Origin: Octopus sinensis
Lineage: Eukaryota
Assembly (NCBI RefSeq): GCF_006345805.1
Contig: NC_043011.1
Span: 32,810,464-32,874,463, forward strand
Length of the DNA: 64,000 nt
Reading direction: 5' to 3'
A program made the position numbers and the translations under genes. Below are positions 1 through 14,424 of the stretch, in pieces (the first letter of the stretch is position 1; each line of letters starts with the position of its first letter). Under the pieces are notes generated by a model, which worked only from the letters and a program-made list of their open reading frames with translations, had not been told where the DNA came from and made no database searches.

Positions 1-178
1 CTTGAGCAAAACACTTCATTTCATGTTGCTCCAGTCCACTCAACTGGCAAAATTGAATAATCCCATGACAGACTAGCGTCCTGCCCAGTACTGTGTATAT
101 ACGTCACTGAAGCCGGGAAACTGACTCTATGAGTCAATATGACTCATGAAGGGTCATTATACTTGCTTTTTTAATATA

Positions 179-595
179 GGCGCCAGAGTGGCTGTGTGGT
201 AAGTAGCTTGCTTACCAACCACATGGTTCCGGGTTCGTTCCCACTACGTGGTACCCTGGGCAAGTGTCTTCTACTATAGCCTCAGGCCAACCAAAGCCTT
301 GTGAGTGGATTTGGTAGACAGAAACTAAAAGTAGCCTGTCATATATATGTATACATACATATATATGTGTGTGTGTGTGTGTTTGTGTGTCTGTGTTTGT
401 CCCTCCAACATCGCTTGACAACTGATGCTGGTGTGTTTACATCTGTAACTTAGCGGTTCGGCAAAAGAGACCACTAGAATAAGTACTAAGCTTACAATAA
501 ATAAGTCCTGGGGTCGATTTGCTCAACTAAAGGCGGTGCTCCAGCATGACCACAGTCAAATGACTGAAACAAATGAAAGAGAAGAAAAGAGAGTA
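179..595 (+). mobile_element. tRNA-derived SINE family A (GGCGCAGGAGTGGCTGTGTGGTAAG...; central TA/TG microsatellite; ...CAAGTAAAAGAG tail)
   Basis: Box A/B-like head. More than 20 copies in the window, e.g. -1690-2150, -2395-2990, -5730-6020, -6420-6730, +14548-14872, -22077-22487, +24027-24360, -27530-27925, +39616-39901, +51268-51425. Confidence 0.88.
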
Positions 596-1689
596 TAGGC
601 TCAGACATGGGTGTGTGGTTAAAAGGTTTGCTTCGCTATCACTTAGTGTTGGATTCAGTAAATAAAGGTAAAGATAAAGGGCCAGTTTCCTGGTTCCATG
701 GCATGTGTATTCTCCATTTGAACAGGACACAGGTCCCTCGCAGGATTACTCATTTTTGCCAGCTGAGTCCACTGCAGCAAAGTGAAATGAAGCATTTTGC
801 TGAAGAACACAACACATCGCCCAGTCCAAGAATCGAAACCACAATCTTATTATCATGAGTCTAATTCCCTAACCACTAAGCCACATGCCTTCACATATGG
901 CACATATTAAGAGTAGGGTAAAGGTTACCCTCTCGAGTCATGTTGGCTCTCAAGGGCTGCTTTCCGTGGCATATAAATTCCCCAGCTGGAAGAGATGCTG
1001 GTCTGTTGCAGAATTACTCAGTTTTACCCCGTAAGTGGATTGGAGCAAATTGAACTGAGGTGTTTTGCTCAAGAACACGATAAGTCGCCCAGTCCAGGAA
1101 TCAAAACCATAATCTTATTATAATCATGTGCTCAGCACCCTAACCTCCAAGTCACATGCCTTCACTTTGGGTTCAATCCCGCTGCATGGCATCTTGGGCA
1201 AGAATCTTCTACTACAGGCCCAGGCCAACCAAAGCAAACTTTGTGAGTGAATATGGTAGAGAAAAACCTAAAAATCCATTTTCTGTGTATGTGTGTGTGG
1301 TGTGTGTGTGTGTGTCTGTGTGTGTGTGTGTTTGTGTCCTAGCCTTGGACATCAAGTTTCACTGTCATTCATGCAGTGTCCTTCATTTTGAGTCTTGCTA
1401 TAGGGACATATTACTTTGCTTGGACAGAGTTACGGGTTGCTGACAAGAAATGCATGTGGAGGCAAGTGGCTAAATGGTTAGGGTGTTGGACTCCTGATCA
1501 TAAGATTGTGGTTTCGATTCAAGGACCGGGCGACACATTGTATTCTTGAGCAAAACACTTCATTTTACATTGCTCCAGTCCACTCAGCTGGCAAAAAGGA
1601 GTAATGCTACAACAGACCAGTGTCCCATCCAGGTGGAGAATTCATATGCCATGGAAACCAGGAAACTGGCCCTTAAGAGTCAGCATACT

Positions 1690-1913
1690 CTTTTTACTCT
1701 TTACTCATTTACTTGTTTCAGTCATTTGACTGCAACCATGCTGGAGCACCACCTTTAGTCGAGCAAATCGACCCCGGGACTTATTCTTTGTATGCCTAGT
1801 ACTTATTCTATCGGTCTCTTTTGCCGAACCGCTAAGTGGCAGGGGCTGTAAACACACCAGCATCGGTTGTCAAGCAATGCTAGAACAAACACAGACACAC
1901 AAACATACACACA

Positions 1914-1969
<56 letters not shown>

Positions 1970-2150
1970 TACACATACATATATACGGCAGGCTTCTTTC
2001 AGTTTCCCTCTACCAAATCCACTCACAAGGCTTTGGTCGGCCCGAGGCTATAGTAGAAAACACCTACCTAAGATGCTACACAGTGGGACTGAACCTGGAA
2101 CCATGTGGTTGGTAAGCAAGCTGCTTACGACACAGCTACTCCTGCACCTA
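1690..2150 (-). mobile_element. SINE family A, full length
   Basis: Reverse complement of the 179-595 family. Confidence 0.88.
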
Positions 2151-3796
2151 TAATGCATGATTCAAAAAGATGACTTTACTTTTACAAGAAATGCCTTTGA
2201 CTATTAAAATCTGCCTCAATAAATTCCACCTGATTCGTGCAAGCATTGTAAAGTAGCTGTTAAAATAACGGCATTAGCAGTGCTCATGGCTGTGATGATT
2301 CAGTCTTTGTATAATTAATATCTTCCATCACCAATGTCACTTAGTTTGTCTCCTAGAAGTTGTGGTTCTTCCATATGGCTATTTTTTTTTTTTTTTACTT
2401 GTTTCAAGTCATTTGACAGCAGTCATGTTGGAGCACTGCTCTTTAGTTGAAGAAATTGACCCCAAGACTTACTCTTTGTAAGACTGGTACTTGTTCTGTC
2501 AGTCTCTTTTGTCAAACTGCTGAGTTACGGGGATGCAAAAATGCCAACATCGGTTGTCAAGCAATGACACACATAAATATGGATATGTGTGTTCAATATG
2601 TGACCGCGTGTGTATCGTTGGTGATTTTCTTTCTCCATCTTCCCTTCTTTGGACTTTTTCTATATTTCTGATGAAGAGCTTCGCTCGAAACATGAAATCC
2701 TCTTTCTTTTCTTTCCTTTCCTGAGCGTCCAATGACACTGTACTTATTCCACATCCTCGTGTTGTTGCTTTTTCTTGCTTGTTCTTGTTTTGATTGACTA
2801 TATATATATATTCATATATAGATAGATATATACAACAGGCTTCTGTCAGTTTCTGACTAGCAAATCCACTCACGTAGCTTTGGTCGGCCTGAGGCTATAG
2901 CAAAAGATAATTGCCCAAGGTGCCACACAGTGAGACTGAACCCAGAACCATGTGGTGGGAAGCAAGCTTCTTACCACACAGCCACCCATATACCACATAT
3001 TTACATCCTTTTTGTTACAGACATATAAACATACCACATTTCGGAATAATCCTTTTATTTAGAACAGACAAAACTAATCTGTGTATTTAGAACAGACAAA
3101 ACTAAGACAACGAAACAACGACTTGGCTCTGAGTTAAAATCAGTTTTTTTTTTTTTTTTTTTTTCAACATTTGTTTATTTATCAGCAAAGTCTCATATAA
3201 AATAATTTATTATTTTGATCTTGGAATTAAAGGATGGGGCAGGGCTCATTTACTGTCAGGTGACTTTTGGCCAACCCTGTATATTAGCGTTGAAACAATA
3301 TTGGAAAAAACAATCAAATGCTATCATGTTGAGGAGACACCAAACATACACACACGCAATCACACACAAATACATTTATACATATACACACAAACATATA
3401 GTGGTAAACTCTCAGCCCCAGAAGGACAGCTCTGCAATTTCTTGTTGAACAATCTGCACAAATGATTTCTTTAGACTGATTAATTGTATGTAATATACAT
3501 TAGCTAATTCCTGCCATCCAGCACTGGATTAGCCATTAAGCAAAATAAGCAACTGCTTAGGGCATCAAGGGAAGGAGGGGGCACCACAGAAATGGTAAAT
3601 GGTTTACAGCACAATAGAAATCACTTTAAACTTGTTAAAATAATATTCAGGATGCCTTTATCTCTACTAAGTATAGAAGCAGGTGTTTTACCTAAGATTA
3701 ATTTTGAAGATCTGATCAAAGACTTTGTAATTCAAAAACGTAGGAGGAAACTTTTCAAACATAAATAAAGTGGAAGTATATAAAAATAAGACGCAT

Positions 3797-4136
3797 GTGA
3801 AGGCACATGGCTCAGTGGTTAGAGCGTCGAGGTTACGATCGTGAGGTTGTGAGCTCAAATCCCTGACCAGGCTGCATGTTGTGTTCTTGAGCAAGACACT
3901 TTATTTCACGTTGCTCCAGTTCACTCAGCTGTAGAAATGAGTTGCAACGTCACAGGTGCCAAGCTGTATCGGCCCCTTTGCCTTTCCCTTGGATAACATT
4001 GGTGGCATGGAGAGGGGAGGCTGATATGCATGGGCCACTGCTGGTCTTCCATAAACAGCCTTGCCCGGACTTGTGCCTGGGAGGGTAACTTTCTAGGTGC
4101 AATCCCATGGTCTGTGTCGTGACCGAAGGGGGTCTC
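3797..4136 (+). mobile_element. tRNA-derived SINE family D
   Basis: tggctcagtggttagagc box A head and cttgagcaagacacttt domain; full second copy at 40698-41034. Confidence 0.85.
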
Positions 4137-4155
4137 AGATATAAAAATAAACATC

Positions 4156-4320
4156 GGCGCAGGAGTGGCTGTGTGGTAAGTAGCTTGCTAACCAACCACA
4201 TGGTTCCGAGTTCAGTCCCACAGCGTGGCACCTTGGGCAAGTGTCCTCTGCTATAGCCCCGGGCTGACCAATGCCTTGTGAGTGGATTTGGTAGACGGAA
4301 ACTGAAAGAAGCCCGTCGTA

Positions 4321-4385
<65 letters not shown>

Positions 4386-4617
4386 GCGTGTGTGTGTTTA
4401 TGCGTCTGTGTTTGTCACCCTAGCATTGCTTGACAACCGATGCTGGTGTGTTTATGTCCCCGTTACTTAGCGGTTCGGCAAAAAGAGACCGATAGAATAA
4501 GTACTAGGCTTACAAAAAGAATAAGTCCCGGGGTCGAGTTGCTCGATTAAAGGCGGTGCTCCAGCATGGCCGCAGTCAAATGACTGAAACAAGTAAAAGA
4601 GTAAGAGTAAAAGAGAG
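4156..4617 (+). mobile_element. SINE family A, full length, CpG-rich (young)
   Basis: ggcgcaggagtggctgtgtggtaag ... aacaagtaaaagag with (TA)n centre. Confidence 0.9.
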
Positions 4618-6763
4618 TATCATTTTCCCTCTTACTGTTGTTTCGTTTTGAAAAATAAAAATTTATTTCATGGTTTGTTAGTGTTTCTATTTTGAATTAC
4701 ATAATCTTTTATGGCGGGCACCAAAATCTTTTAAGTGCTTAGGGCCTCGATGGGTCTTAATCCAGCCCTGCCGCCATCAAATCAACATTACCTGAACAGG
4801 TGCATGGTGCACCACATGTCAGGTGTTGAAGTGATTGTAGAGCATCGTAAGATGAAGTGGTTTTCTCAAGAACATCTACGCACCACCAGGTCTAAGAATT
4901 AAAACCATGATTTCATGATTATGACTGCAACACACCAAGCACTAGGCAGTGTGCTCTTACTCGGGGCTGTAGTAGAAAACACTTGCCCGAGGTGCCACAC
5001 AGTGAACTGAACATGAAGCCATGTGGTTGTGAAATAAACTTCTTAACCACACAGCCACACACTTGCACCTGCGCCTATGTTAGAAATCAATAATAACCAT
5101 TTCTTGGCTTTCGTTTATCTATAATCATGTATTAGAAGATCAATAATAAAAATTGTTTTAATGCCGTTACTTATGACATTACAGTGGGTCCAGTTGTAAT
5201 TGTGTCAAAATACCTTTTGTTTTAATTTTAATGGGTTTTTTTGAAGTCACAATTAATTTTATTAGAACATAAGAAAGGAAAAGAACAAAAGGAGAAAAAG
5301 ATGGTGGTAGTGGTTTTGATGGGAGTGGTTGTGGTGGTGGGGTAAAGTAGCAGATTTGGAGGGGGAGTGGTGAAAGGTCACATATCCCTGAACAACGGTG
5401 GTGGTGGTGGTGGTGGTGGTGGCAGCAGCTTGCTAGCTTTGTTGGACAAAGTCTAAGCAGGCCGAAACTTCGAAGTCACTATCACCCTTCTTGTAAAGGA
5501 ATGGTAAATACGCAGTCTACAAAAGGTATTGAATAATTCTTCAGTTTAAAGTTAAACCATTTTTATTATAATTTCATTACTTTTCATAAAAATAAATATT
5601 AATGTGTGTGTGTGTGTATGTGTGTGCGCACGTGTGTGTGTGTGTGTGTGTGGTGGTGTGTGTGTGTGTGTGGTGTGTGTGTGTGCAATGTGATTAGTTG
5701 GCATAATCATTAGCACACTGGACAAAAAGCATAAACCTAGTACCTATTCTATCGGTCTCTTTTGCCGAACTGCTAAGTTACAGGGACGTAAACACACCAG
5801 CATTGGTTATCAAACGATGGTGGGGAACAAATACAAATACACACAAACACACACACATATGACAGGCTTTTTCAGATTCCATCTACCAAATCCACTCACA
5901 AGGCTTTGGTCAGCCTGAGGCTATAGTAGAAGACACTTGCCCAAGGTGCCACAAGGTGGGACTTGAACCCAGGACCATGTGATTGTTAATCAAGCTTCTT
6001 ACCACACAACCATGTCTGCATATATGTATAAAAGGGAATAAGCTTTTTTTGATAAACATACTGTTGGGATCTCTTAATTCCTTTACATTTTAGCTACGAT
6101 AAAAAGGGTTAATGAGTGCATTGATTAAAGCACCTTTGTATTTTGCCTTCTGCATGTTTCAGTCATTGGATAGCTGCCATGCTGGGACACCACCTGGAAG
6201 GGGGTTGTTTTGCTGGATAAATTGACCCCAGTATTTTGTTTTACAAGTCTGGTTCTTTATTCTATCATTCTCTCAATTTCTTTAGCCAGACTGCTAAGTT
6301 ACACGGACATAAACAAACCAATATTAGTTGTCAAGCAGTGATGGTTGTAGTGATGAGGATGGTGAATAAATTCGGACACACAGACACACATATATATACA
6401 TACATATATATTACATATTCTTTTATTCTTTTACTTGTTTCGCTCATTTGACTGCAGCCATACTGGAGCACCACATTAAGCAGGTTTTAGTCAAACAAAT
6501 CGAACCCAGGACTTATTCTTTGTTAACACACCAACATTGGTAGTCAAGTGATGGTTGACACACACACATACACACACATATATATATATACATCTACAAC
6601 AGGCTTCTTTCAGTTTTCATCGCCCAAATCCACTCACAAGGCTTTGGTCAGCCTGAGGCTATAATAGAAGACACATGTTCAAGGTGCCATGCAGTGGGAC
6701 TGAACATGGAACCATGTGGTTGGGAAGCAATGGATATGTTGTTTGAAATAAAGTTCGATGAAT

Positions 6764-7075
6764 AAAGTCAGAAAACAGCACAGCTCCCATGACTTTCAGA
6801 AATATTTTTTCACGCTAAGAGTTGCTGAAGTATGGAACAAACTGCCGGCATCAATTGTTAGTTGTCGGAGCACTGCATCCTTCAAAACTTCCATGCTTCC
6901 TGAGATTCGCCAACACTACACCTGATTTTCTCCCTTCCATACACACGCAAGCATGTATCTGACTCATACACTGTTCGCTTTTCAGACATTTGTACATTAC
7001 TGCATATGCTTTATACGCACTTTTGACAAGTTGTGGTGCACCTAAGCACTGTACACAATAATTTCATTATATTAT
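6764..7075 (+). mobile_element. CR1-group LINE 3' fragment
   Basis: Frame KVRKQHSSHDFQKYFFTLRVAEVWNKLPASIVSCRSTASFKTSM..* matches the CR1-type ORF2 C-terminus. The 3'UTR ends gttgtggtgcacctaagcactgtacacaataatttcattat; the same tail occurs at ~8218-8270 and ~8680-8760. Confidence 0.8.
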
Positions 7076-8714
7076 ATATGGCTTGGCTAATGTTTATATT
7101 TGTATGTTTGTGATCAAGGAAAGTGAAGGAGCACTCCATCGGTTGCGACGACGAGGGTCCCAACTGATACGATCAACTGAACAGCTTGCTCGTGAAATTA
7201 ACGTGCAAGTGACTGAGCAATCCACAAACACGTGTACCCCTACCCCTAACATAGTTCTCGGGGAGATTCAGCGTGACACCAAGTGTGACAAGGCTGGCCC
7301 TTTGAAATACAGGTACAACTCATTTTTGCCAGCTGAGTGGTCTGGAAGAACGTGAAATAAAGTGTCTTGCTCAAAGACACAACGCGTCGCCGGGAATTGA
7401 ACTCACGACCTTACAATCGTGAGCCGAATGCCTTAACCACTAAGCCACGCGCCTTCACACCAAGGAAAGTAGACATAAAAAAACAACCAGTTTAAATTTC
7501 AGTTCTTCTATTTCTATGTATCTGAATGGACGCTCTCTTTTACATCCTTTTGGGGTCGATAAAATAGGTACCGGTAGGGCATTGGGGGGGTCGATGTAAT
7601 CGACTTCTCCATCCCTCAAATATGCTGGCCTTGTGCCAAAATAAGACATCCTCCTAGTCATCATGAAGGCAGCGAGCTAGCGGAATCGTTAGCATGTCGG
7701 GGAAAGTGTTTAGCGGCATTTCGCCCGTCTTGACGTTCTGAGTTCAAATTCCGCCGAGGTCGACTTTGCCTTTTATCGATTCGGTGTCGATAAAATAAGT
7801 ACCAGTTGATCACTAAGGTCGACATAATCGACTTACTCCCTCTCCAAAATTTCAGGTTTCGTGTCTTTAGTAGAAAGGGTTATTATTATTATTATTATTA
7901 AGGCGGTGAACTGGCCGAATCGTTAGCACACCGGACAAAATGCTTAGTAGCATTTATTCGGACTTTGCGTTCAAATTCTGCTGAGGTCGATTTTTACCTT
8001 TCGATACATATATATATTTTTAAACCTTCTGTTTTATAATCTGTCTTCCATCGCATTCTGGTGGATTATACCAAGTTAGGAAGTTTTCCATTTAGAAATT
8101 TGCTTAGCTTTACTGCCTTCTTCCAAATGCGCTACCGTTTTATTTGCTTGTATGACAATTCCCTTCGGAAAATTAAACAGGATATCGGAAATGGAGCATC
8201 AAATTGAAATAGTTGCCCTTGTGGTGCACCTGAGCACTGTATACAATAATTTCATTATCATTATTATTATAAACTTAAATCCAGTCGATGTTTATTTTTA
8301 GCATCTCTATAACAAAATTCTTAAACCTCATTCCCAATAGAACTTTTAAACAATATTTCCTGAATAATAATATTTGGAGAGAAAAAGGAAAAAGAAAACA
8401 AAAAATTCATGTGCTCTCTCACAAACCATGCAGATAGTGTAGTTTTGTAGTTTTCCATTTCGAGTCAATAATTTTATTGTTCCACTGTAGTTTTGCGTCC
8501 TCCCAATTATGTTGTAAGGGAAATAACTCTAATTATTTACTTAGTTTCTTCATTAAAACTTTCGAACAAGTCGTTCCCGATATTACGGCATTAAATAAAG
8601 TAATCATTTTAATTAGATGATCGAAGAAAAATAAATAAATAAGGTTTAAGTTTATACTACAGAATTACTCAATATTTCGATGAGTTGTAGTGCACCTGAG
8701 CACTGTACACAATG

Positions 8715-8762
<48 letters not shown>

Positions 8763-9001
8763 TCATTACAACATATTTTAAGTAAAATATATATTAACAA
8801 CATGAAGAGCAAGTATTGTTTATTTAAGAATAAACATCATTTGTTGTTTATTTATAGCTGATATTTATAATTCTTTTAATTCTTTATCTTATCTTCTACT
8901 TGTATTTTTTTTTCTTTGTAGTGGTGCCTTTTTGAGAAGTGATCATAGCATTGATTCTTTGACATTGCTTCTGCAGCACGACAATCGTTATAGGAAATCT
9001 T

Positions 9002-9423
9002 GGTATCTCTTCGGTTTGAACGGCAGTTTTTTTCTAGCGGTGTCATATGAAATTGTCACACATAATTATGACCCTAGTATCGATCTTTTGCATTTCAATC
9101 TGTTTTAGGGTTAGGGTTAGGGGTGAGGGGAAGGGTATCTTTTTTGCTTCACAAATGTAAATAAACCTAATTTGTTTCTTAAACGAGGGACATATTCATA
9201 CGGTACAGAATGTTTTTTACCTCAATGGACGTCATTGATCGGTTGAAATTGCAGAAATTGAAGATAAAACAACAACAAATATCTTACAAACTATAGAATT
9301 TTCTCAATAAAGCCAAGAGAAAAAGATGTTTTATAAACACATTCTACCAGTATACGAAGTTTAAAAGTGTTTAGTTACGTGGAAATTATTTTTAAAAAAC
9401 TGCCGTTCAAACCGAAAAGATCC
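9002..9423. mobile_element. MITE with ~30-bp TIRs and internal (TTAGGG)3
   Basis: ggtatctcttcggtttgaacggcagtttttt ... aaaaaactgccgttcaaaccgaaaagatcc; TSD not evident. Confidence 0.8.
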
Positions 9424-9850
9424 GTTAACGTTTATAATTTGTATGTTTGTGTGCAAAGAAAGTAGAAATACTAAACTACCAATCTATATAGAACAGTTCC
9501 CTTACCTCTTGATTTGAAATCTTTCTAGACCAACACTTCTTTTGCATCCTTTCGGAGTTAATAAAATAAGTACCAGTTGAGCACTGGGGTGGCCTTGTGT
9601 TTCCAGCAGAAAGGATTATTATTATGGAGATGTACTTGCATAGCAAGTGACCTGATCTGAGATCATGTGCTGGAACGAAAACAATTGTAGCACGGATGGT
9701 GTTTATAAGCCATTTAAAAACACACAAATACCGTTAGATTCACTTCAACATTTAAATTTAATTTGCCAAAATATTTTCGTCACTTTGAGACCGCGACCTG
9801 TTCACTGACAAAATTCCATGCTGCATGGATTATTATTATTATTATTATTA

Positions 9851-9908
<58 letters not shown>

Positions 9909-10266
9909 GGCGTTGAGCTGGCAGAATTGTTAGCGAAATGCGGTTCTGAGTTCAAATTCCGCCGAGGTTGACTTTGCCTTTCAACCTTTCAGGGTCGATT
10001 AAATAAGTACCAGTTATGCACTGAGGTCGATATAATCGACTTAATCCGTGTGTCTGTCCTTGTTTGTCCTCTCTGTGTTTAGCCCCTTGTGGGTAGTAAA
10101 GAAATAGGTATTTCGTCTGCCATTACGTTCTGGGTTCAAATTTCGCCGAGGTCGACTTTGCTTTTCATCCTTTTGGGGTCGAAGTACCAGTTACGTGCTG
10201 GGGCCGATACAATCGACTTAATCCCTTCCCCCAAATTTGAGGCCTTGTGCTGTCAATAGAAAGGAC

Positions 10267-10311
<45 letters not shown>

Positions 10312-10388
10312 CATTATTATATTATTATTATTATTATTATCATCATTTATTATTATTATTATTATTATCATCATCATCATCATCATCA

Positions 10389-10446
<58 letters not shown>

Positions 10447-12950
10447 GAAGACAGTGAACTGGCAGAATCATTAACACACCAGGAAAAATGCTTCTGAGTT
10501 CAAATTCCAGCAAGTTTGACTTTGCCTTCCATTCTTTCAGCCTCGATAAAATAAGAACCGGTTGAACAGTGGGGTTGATTTAATCGGTTTAGCCCCCACC
10601 CCACCCAAAACTGCTAACCTTATGCCAAAATTTGAAATTATTATTGTTGTTGTTGTTATTGGGTGGGGAGTATCAATAACATGCCAGTGGCATGTAAAAA
10701 GCACCCACTACACTCTTGGAGTGGTTGGTGTTAAGAAGGGCATCCAGCTGTAGAAACTCTGCCAGATCAGATTGGAGCCTGGTGCAGCAATCTGGCTCAC
10801 CAGTCCCTAGTCAAACCATCCAACCCATGCCAGCATGGAAAGCAGACGTTAGACGATGATTATCTCTCAATGGATGGAATACTTTTTTTTGTTGATCTTA
10901 CCTTATTGAGACAGTAAACTATATTTGTGTGTGTGTGTGTGTGGTGTGTGTATTTAACTTTATAAATACAGGGTTAGAAATTATTAAATAATTTAAACCA
11001 GTGGTTAACATGCATAATAAAAGTCAGAAGACATAAATATTTTAAAATATGATAGTGTATGAATTATACATGGAGAGAAAACCACCATGTGGATTCCTTA
11101 CATGCTAGAAAGGGCAGTCATATATATATATATATCGATATTCTTCCCTCTGTCGTAAGGCTTCTTTCTACACACGCCAGCTGAATTCAATTCGTCCCCA
11201 GTTGAAAGACGCCTGTTGTTATGTCCTGTTATTATTATTATTATTTTTTTTAATTATTTAAATTTTTATTGTATTTTGTATTTATATTTGTGTAACATCG
11301 TCTGTTTTCCGTCCTTGTTTTCGTATACATTCGATGCTTTTTTCCAAGAAATCTAATGCTCTTAGCTTAGTTTTTCCTTGGGGCTGGCCAGATTGGAGCA
11401 ATCTCAAGATTAATCAGCTGAAATTGCAAAGATGATCCGGTTCTTGACTGAGGATAAAAAGCTTTGAATGACCCATCCTTGTTTTTTTGTATTATCTATC
11501 GGAATGTTTTGTTGTCCCTTTTTGTATCACCTAGTTGCCCGGATGTTTTGCGTTCTTGTCCCATTTTGTATTTTATTATATATATATATATATATACACA
11601 TACACACATATATTTGTTTGAGTTTGTTCCCTGATTTATTCCAGTCTTTCCTTCTAACCCATCACTATTCCCTTCTTTTGTCGTTCTTACAGTTGTGCAT
11701 GCTCTCTCATACACCAACATCACTATTTTAACCAACCATTCCTTTACTCTGAACATCAATGCCTATGTCAGATCAACAAACCAAAAAGTTTTCTCCCTCA
11801 TATTCCTGAACATCTGTTGCCACTTTACAATGGAAATCACATCAGTTCTTCCATTTCTTGGCATAAAGCATAAATCCAAACTGAATTTCAATGGTCCTCG
11901 TTTTCTTCTTTTCTTTTACTCTAATGCTCGTCTTTCCAGTACCATCATTACATATTCCAGGGGCTCATTTTTGCCTCTTATATGAAGGAGTGAGACTATT
12001 CAATACCCAACCACAAGAATATGGCATTCTTTCATCATCAGCCTTCAGAATTCTGCCTTTTTCTAAACATGCCAACTTCCTTGTTGCCATTAACATATCT
12101 CCCATAATGCCTGTTGGTTTGTTTAAATGGAATTCTCTACTTGTGACTTGAATTGCTTGTCACACAGATCGTGCATGCGCATGTGTGTGTGTGTGCATGT
12201 ATGCATGTGCTTGGTCCATGTTGGTGTGAATTGGACAAGATCTTTTGCAGTAGTATTCTGGCACCAGATGTCTTTCTTGTGGCCAACGCTTATATGCTTT
12301 CATGTAAGCTACTTTTTCCACTGATCTTACCTAATTGCAAAAGAAGGAAAACACCAAGTTATGTAGGAAATGTTACCACTTGGAAACAGGTAAGGATTGG
12401 TGACAGGTGGGGCATCCAGCCATACAAAGTTCTGCCTCTTCATACTCTCATCTTGCTCACGAAAGTATGGAAAGTAGGCATTAGAACAATGACAATGAGA
12501 GGTAAAGAACTTCACAGTTGTACACAAGCAGCATCTTCAAAATATCATATGTGTGTGTGTATTTGGGTGAAGGTACATGGCTTAGGTGTTTGAGTGTCGA
12601 GCTTGTAATCATGAAGTTCTGAGTTCAATTCCTGGACCAAGCTGTGTATTGTGTTCTTGAGCATGTAAAGCGCACTATATAAAGCACCCGTAAAGCACAC
12701 TATCCGTGCATGATCGATGCCAGGCCCACCTGACTGGCTCCTGTGCCGGTAGCATGTAAAAAGCACCCATTACAACTCTTGGAGTTGTTGGTATTAGGAA
12801 GAGCATCCAGCTGTAGAAACTCTACCTGATCAGATTGGAGCCTGGTGCAGCCACTGACTCTCCAGACCTCAGTTAAACCGTCCAACCCATCCCAGCATGG
12901 AAAACGGACATTAAACGATGATGATGATGAATTGTGCTGATTAAACATAC

Positions 12951-12993
<43 letters not shown>

Positions 12994-13073
12994 ATATATA
13001 CTCAAGAATATTCTGAAGCAATGAGTTAACTGTATCTTCTTTTTTTTTTGTTTTTCTTTTTTTTTATATCTAG

Positions 13074-13275
13074 TTTTTAGAGTTGTCAATATACCACCAT
13101 GGTGAAATCTCCGCTCTCCAGTAGCAAAAAATGCAAGCCTACACTTGGTTTGCTGCTGAAAATGTAACTTAGCAGACTTCTCAAAGACCAGCATGGCATG
13201 GAACTGGATTGCTGTACACACTGCTTAAATCAGTGTTGACCAAATATTCTTACACATCATGAGGCTTCCCAAGAG
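13074..13275 (+). other. candidate non-coding (5'UTR) exon containing a 22-codon uORF
   Basis: ~40-nt pyrimidine tract with tandem AG acceptors (13072-73, 13079-80), non-repetitive sequence, donor GAG|gtaaca at 13275/76. CCACCATGG at ATG 13099, stop at 13165-13167. Confidence 0.5.
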
Positions 13276-13365
13276 GTAACAGAAGCACCAATTTGTTTCT
13301 CTCTCTGTATCTCTCTCCCTGTCCCTTTCTTTCTCTCTTTATTTCTTTCTTACTCTCTATCTGTC

Positions 13366-13396
<31 letters not shown>

Positions 13397-13608
13397 CCTT
13401 TCTTCATATCTCTCTTGTTCTCTTTTTCTCTGTCTTTGTTCCCCCCCCCCTTTTATTTGCTTATATGTACACACATTTGTGAGTGTATATTCATGTGTAT
13501 ATGTATGTGCATGGTGTGTGTGTGTGAGTGCATGCACATTTATTACACGCATTCATATATGTGTGTATGTATATATATGTATAGATATATGTATATATAT
13601 GTATAGAT

Positions 13609-13842
13609 AAAGGCGGCGAGCTGGCAGAAACGTTAGCACATTGGGCGAAATGCGTAGCCGTATTTCGTCTGCCGTTACGTCCTGAGTTCAAATTCCGCTG
13701 AGGTCGACTTTGCCTTTCATCCTTTCGGGGTCGATTAAATAAGTACCAGTTACCCACTGGGGTCGATGTAATCGACTTAATCCGTTTGTCTGTCCTTGTT
13801 TGTCCCCTCTGTGTTTAGCCCCTTGTGGGTAGTAAAGAAATA
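13609..13842 (+). mobile_element. SINE family B (AAGGCGGCGAGCTGGCAGAA...GCCTTTCATCCTTTCGGGGTCGAT...AAAGAAATA)
   Basis: TSD tatgtatagata. Further copies at 7665-7880, 9907-10265, -16443-16676, -31733-31966, 49059-49291, 59106-59318, 63441-63660, plus degenerate clusters at 51940-52320, 54800-55190 and 61030-61790. Confidence 0.88.
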
Positions 13843-14424
13843 ATGTATGTATAGATATTTATTTGTATGTGTGTGTTATATGTGTGTGCGGATGTGCATA
13901 TATATTATATGCATGCACATATATATTATACACATGCACATTTGTGTATGCATTTATCTGTTTATTTGTATATATGTGTTATGTGTGTGTGTGTGCATAT
14001 ACATATCTACTATGCACATGCACATATGTGTATGTATGTATATTTATTGTGTGTGTGTGTGTGTGTGCATGCATGCATATATAACACATGCATGCACATA
14101 TATGCATGTGTATATTTATTTGTATATACATGTATGTATATGTATGTGTGTGTTTGTTTCTTCCTTTTCTTTACTTTGTCGTTATTATGTGCATCCTCAT
14201 GTTTGTACATGTATGTACGTGTATATATGTAAACACACACACATGTATATATTTGTTCCTTTCCCGTTCTTCTCACTTTCTTCTTCATAACTAGTACATG
14301 TGTTCCATAAATGTAAACACATCACTATCACCATTTATACCCAGTTCTATTACTCCTGCTTCTGTAGTTATCATTGCTTGCGATATTTTCTCTACCTCAT
14401 CTCCATCATCCTAGCTGAAAATAT

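Noticed and set aside
212-421. Recurrent ORFs such as ...LLSVSVYQIHSQGFG.PEAIVEDTCP...
   Set aside because: Antisense translations of SINE family A, not a protein family.
3056-3105. 22-bp direct repeat with 28-bp period
   Set aside because: Simple local slippage duplication with no further structure.
3797-3875. tRNA-like heads of SINEs (also 25690-25760, 40698-40775)
   Set aside because: No complete cloverleaf, and they continue into SINE bodies, so they are not tRNA genes.
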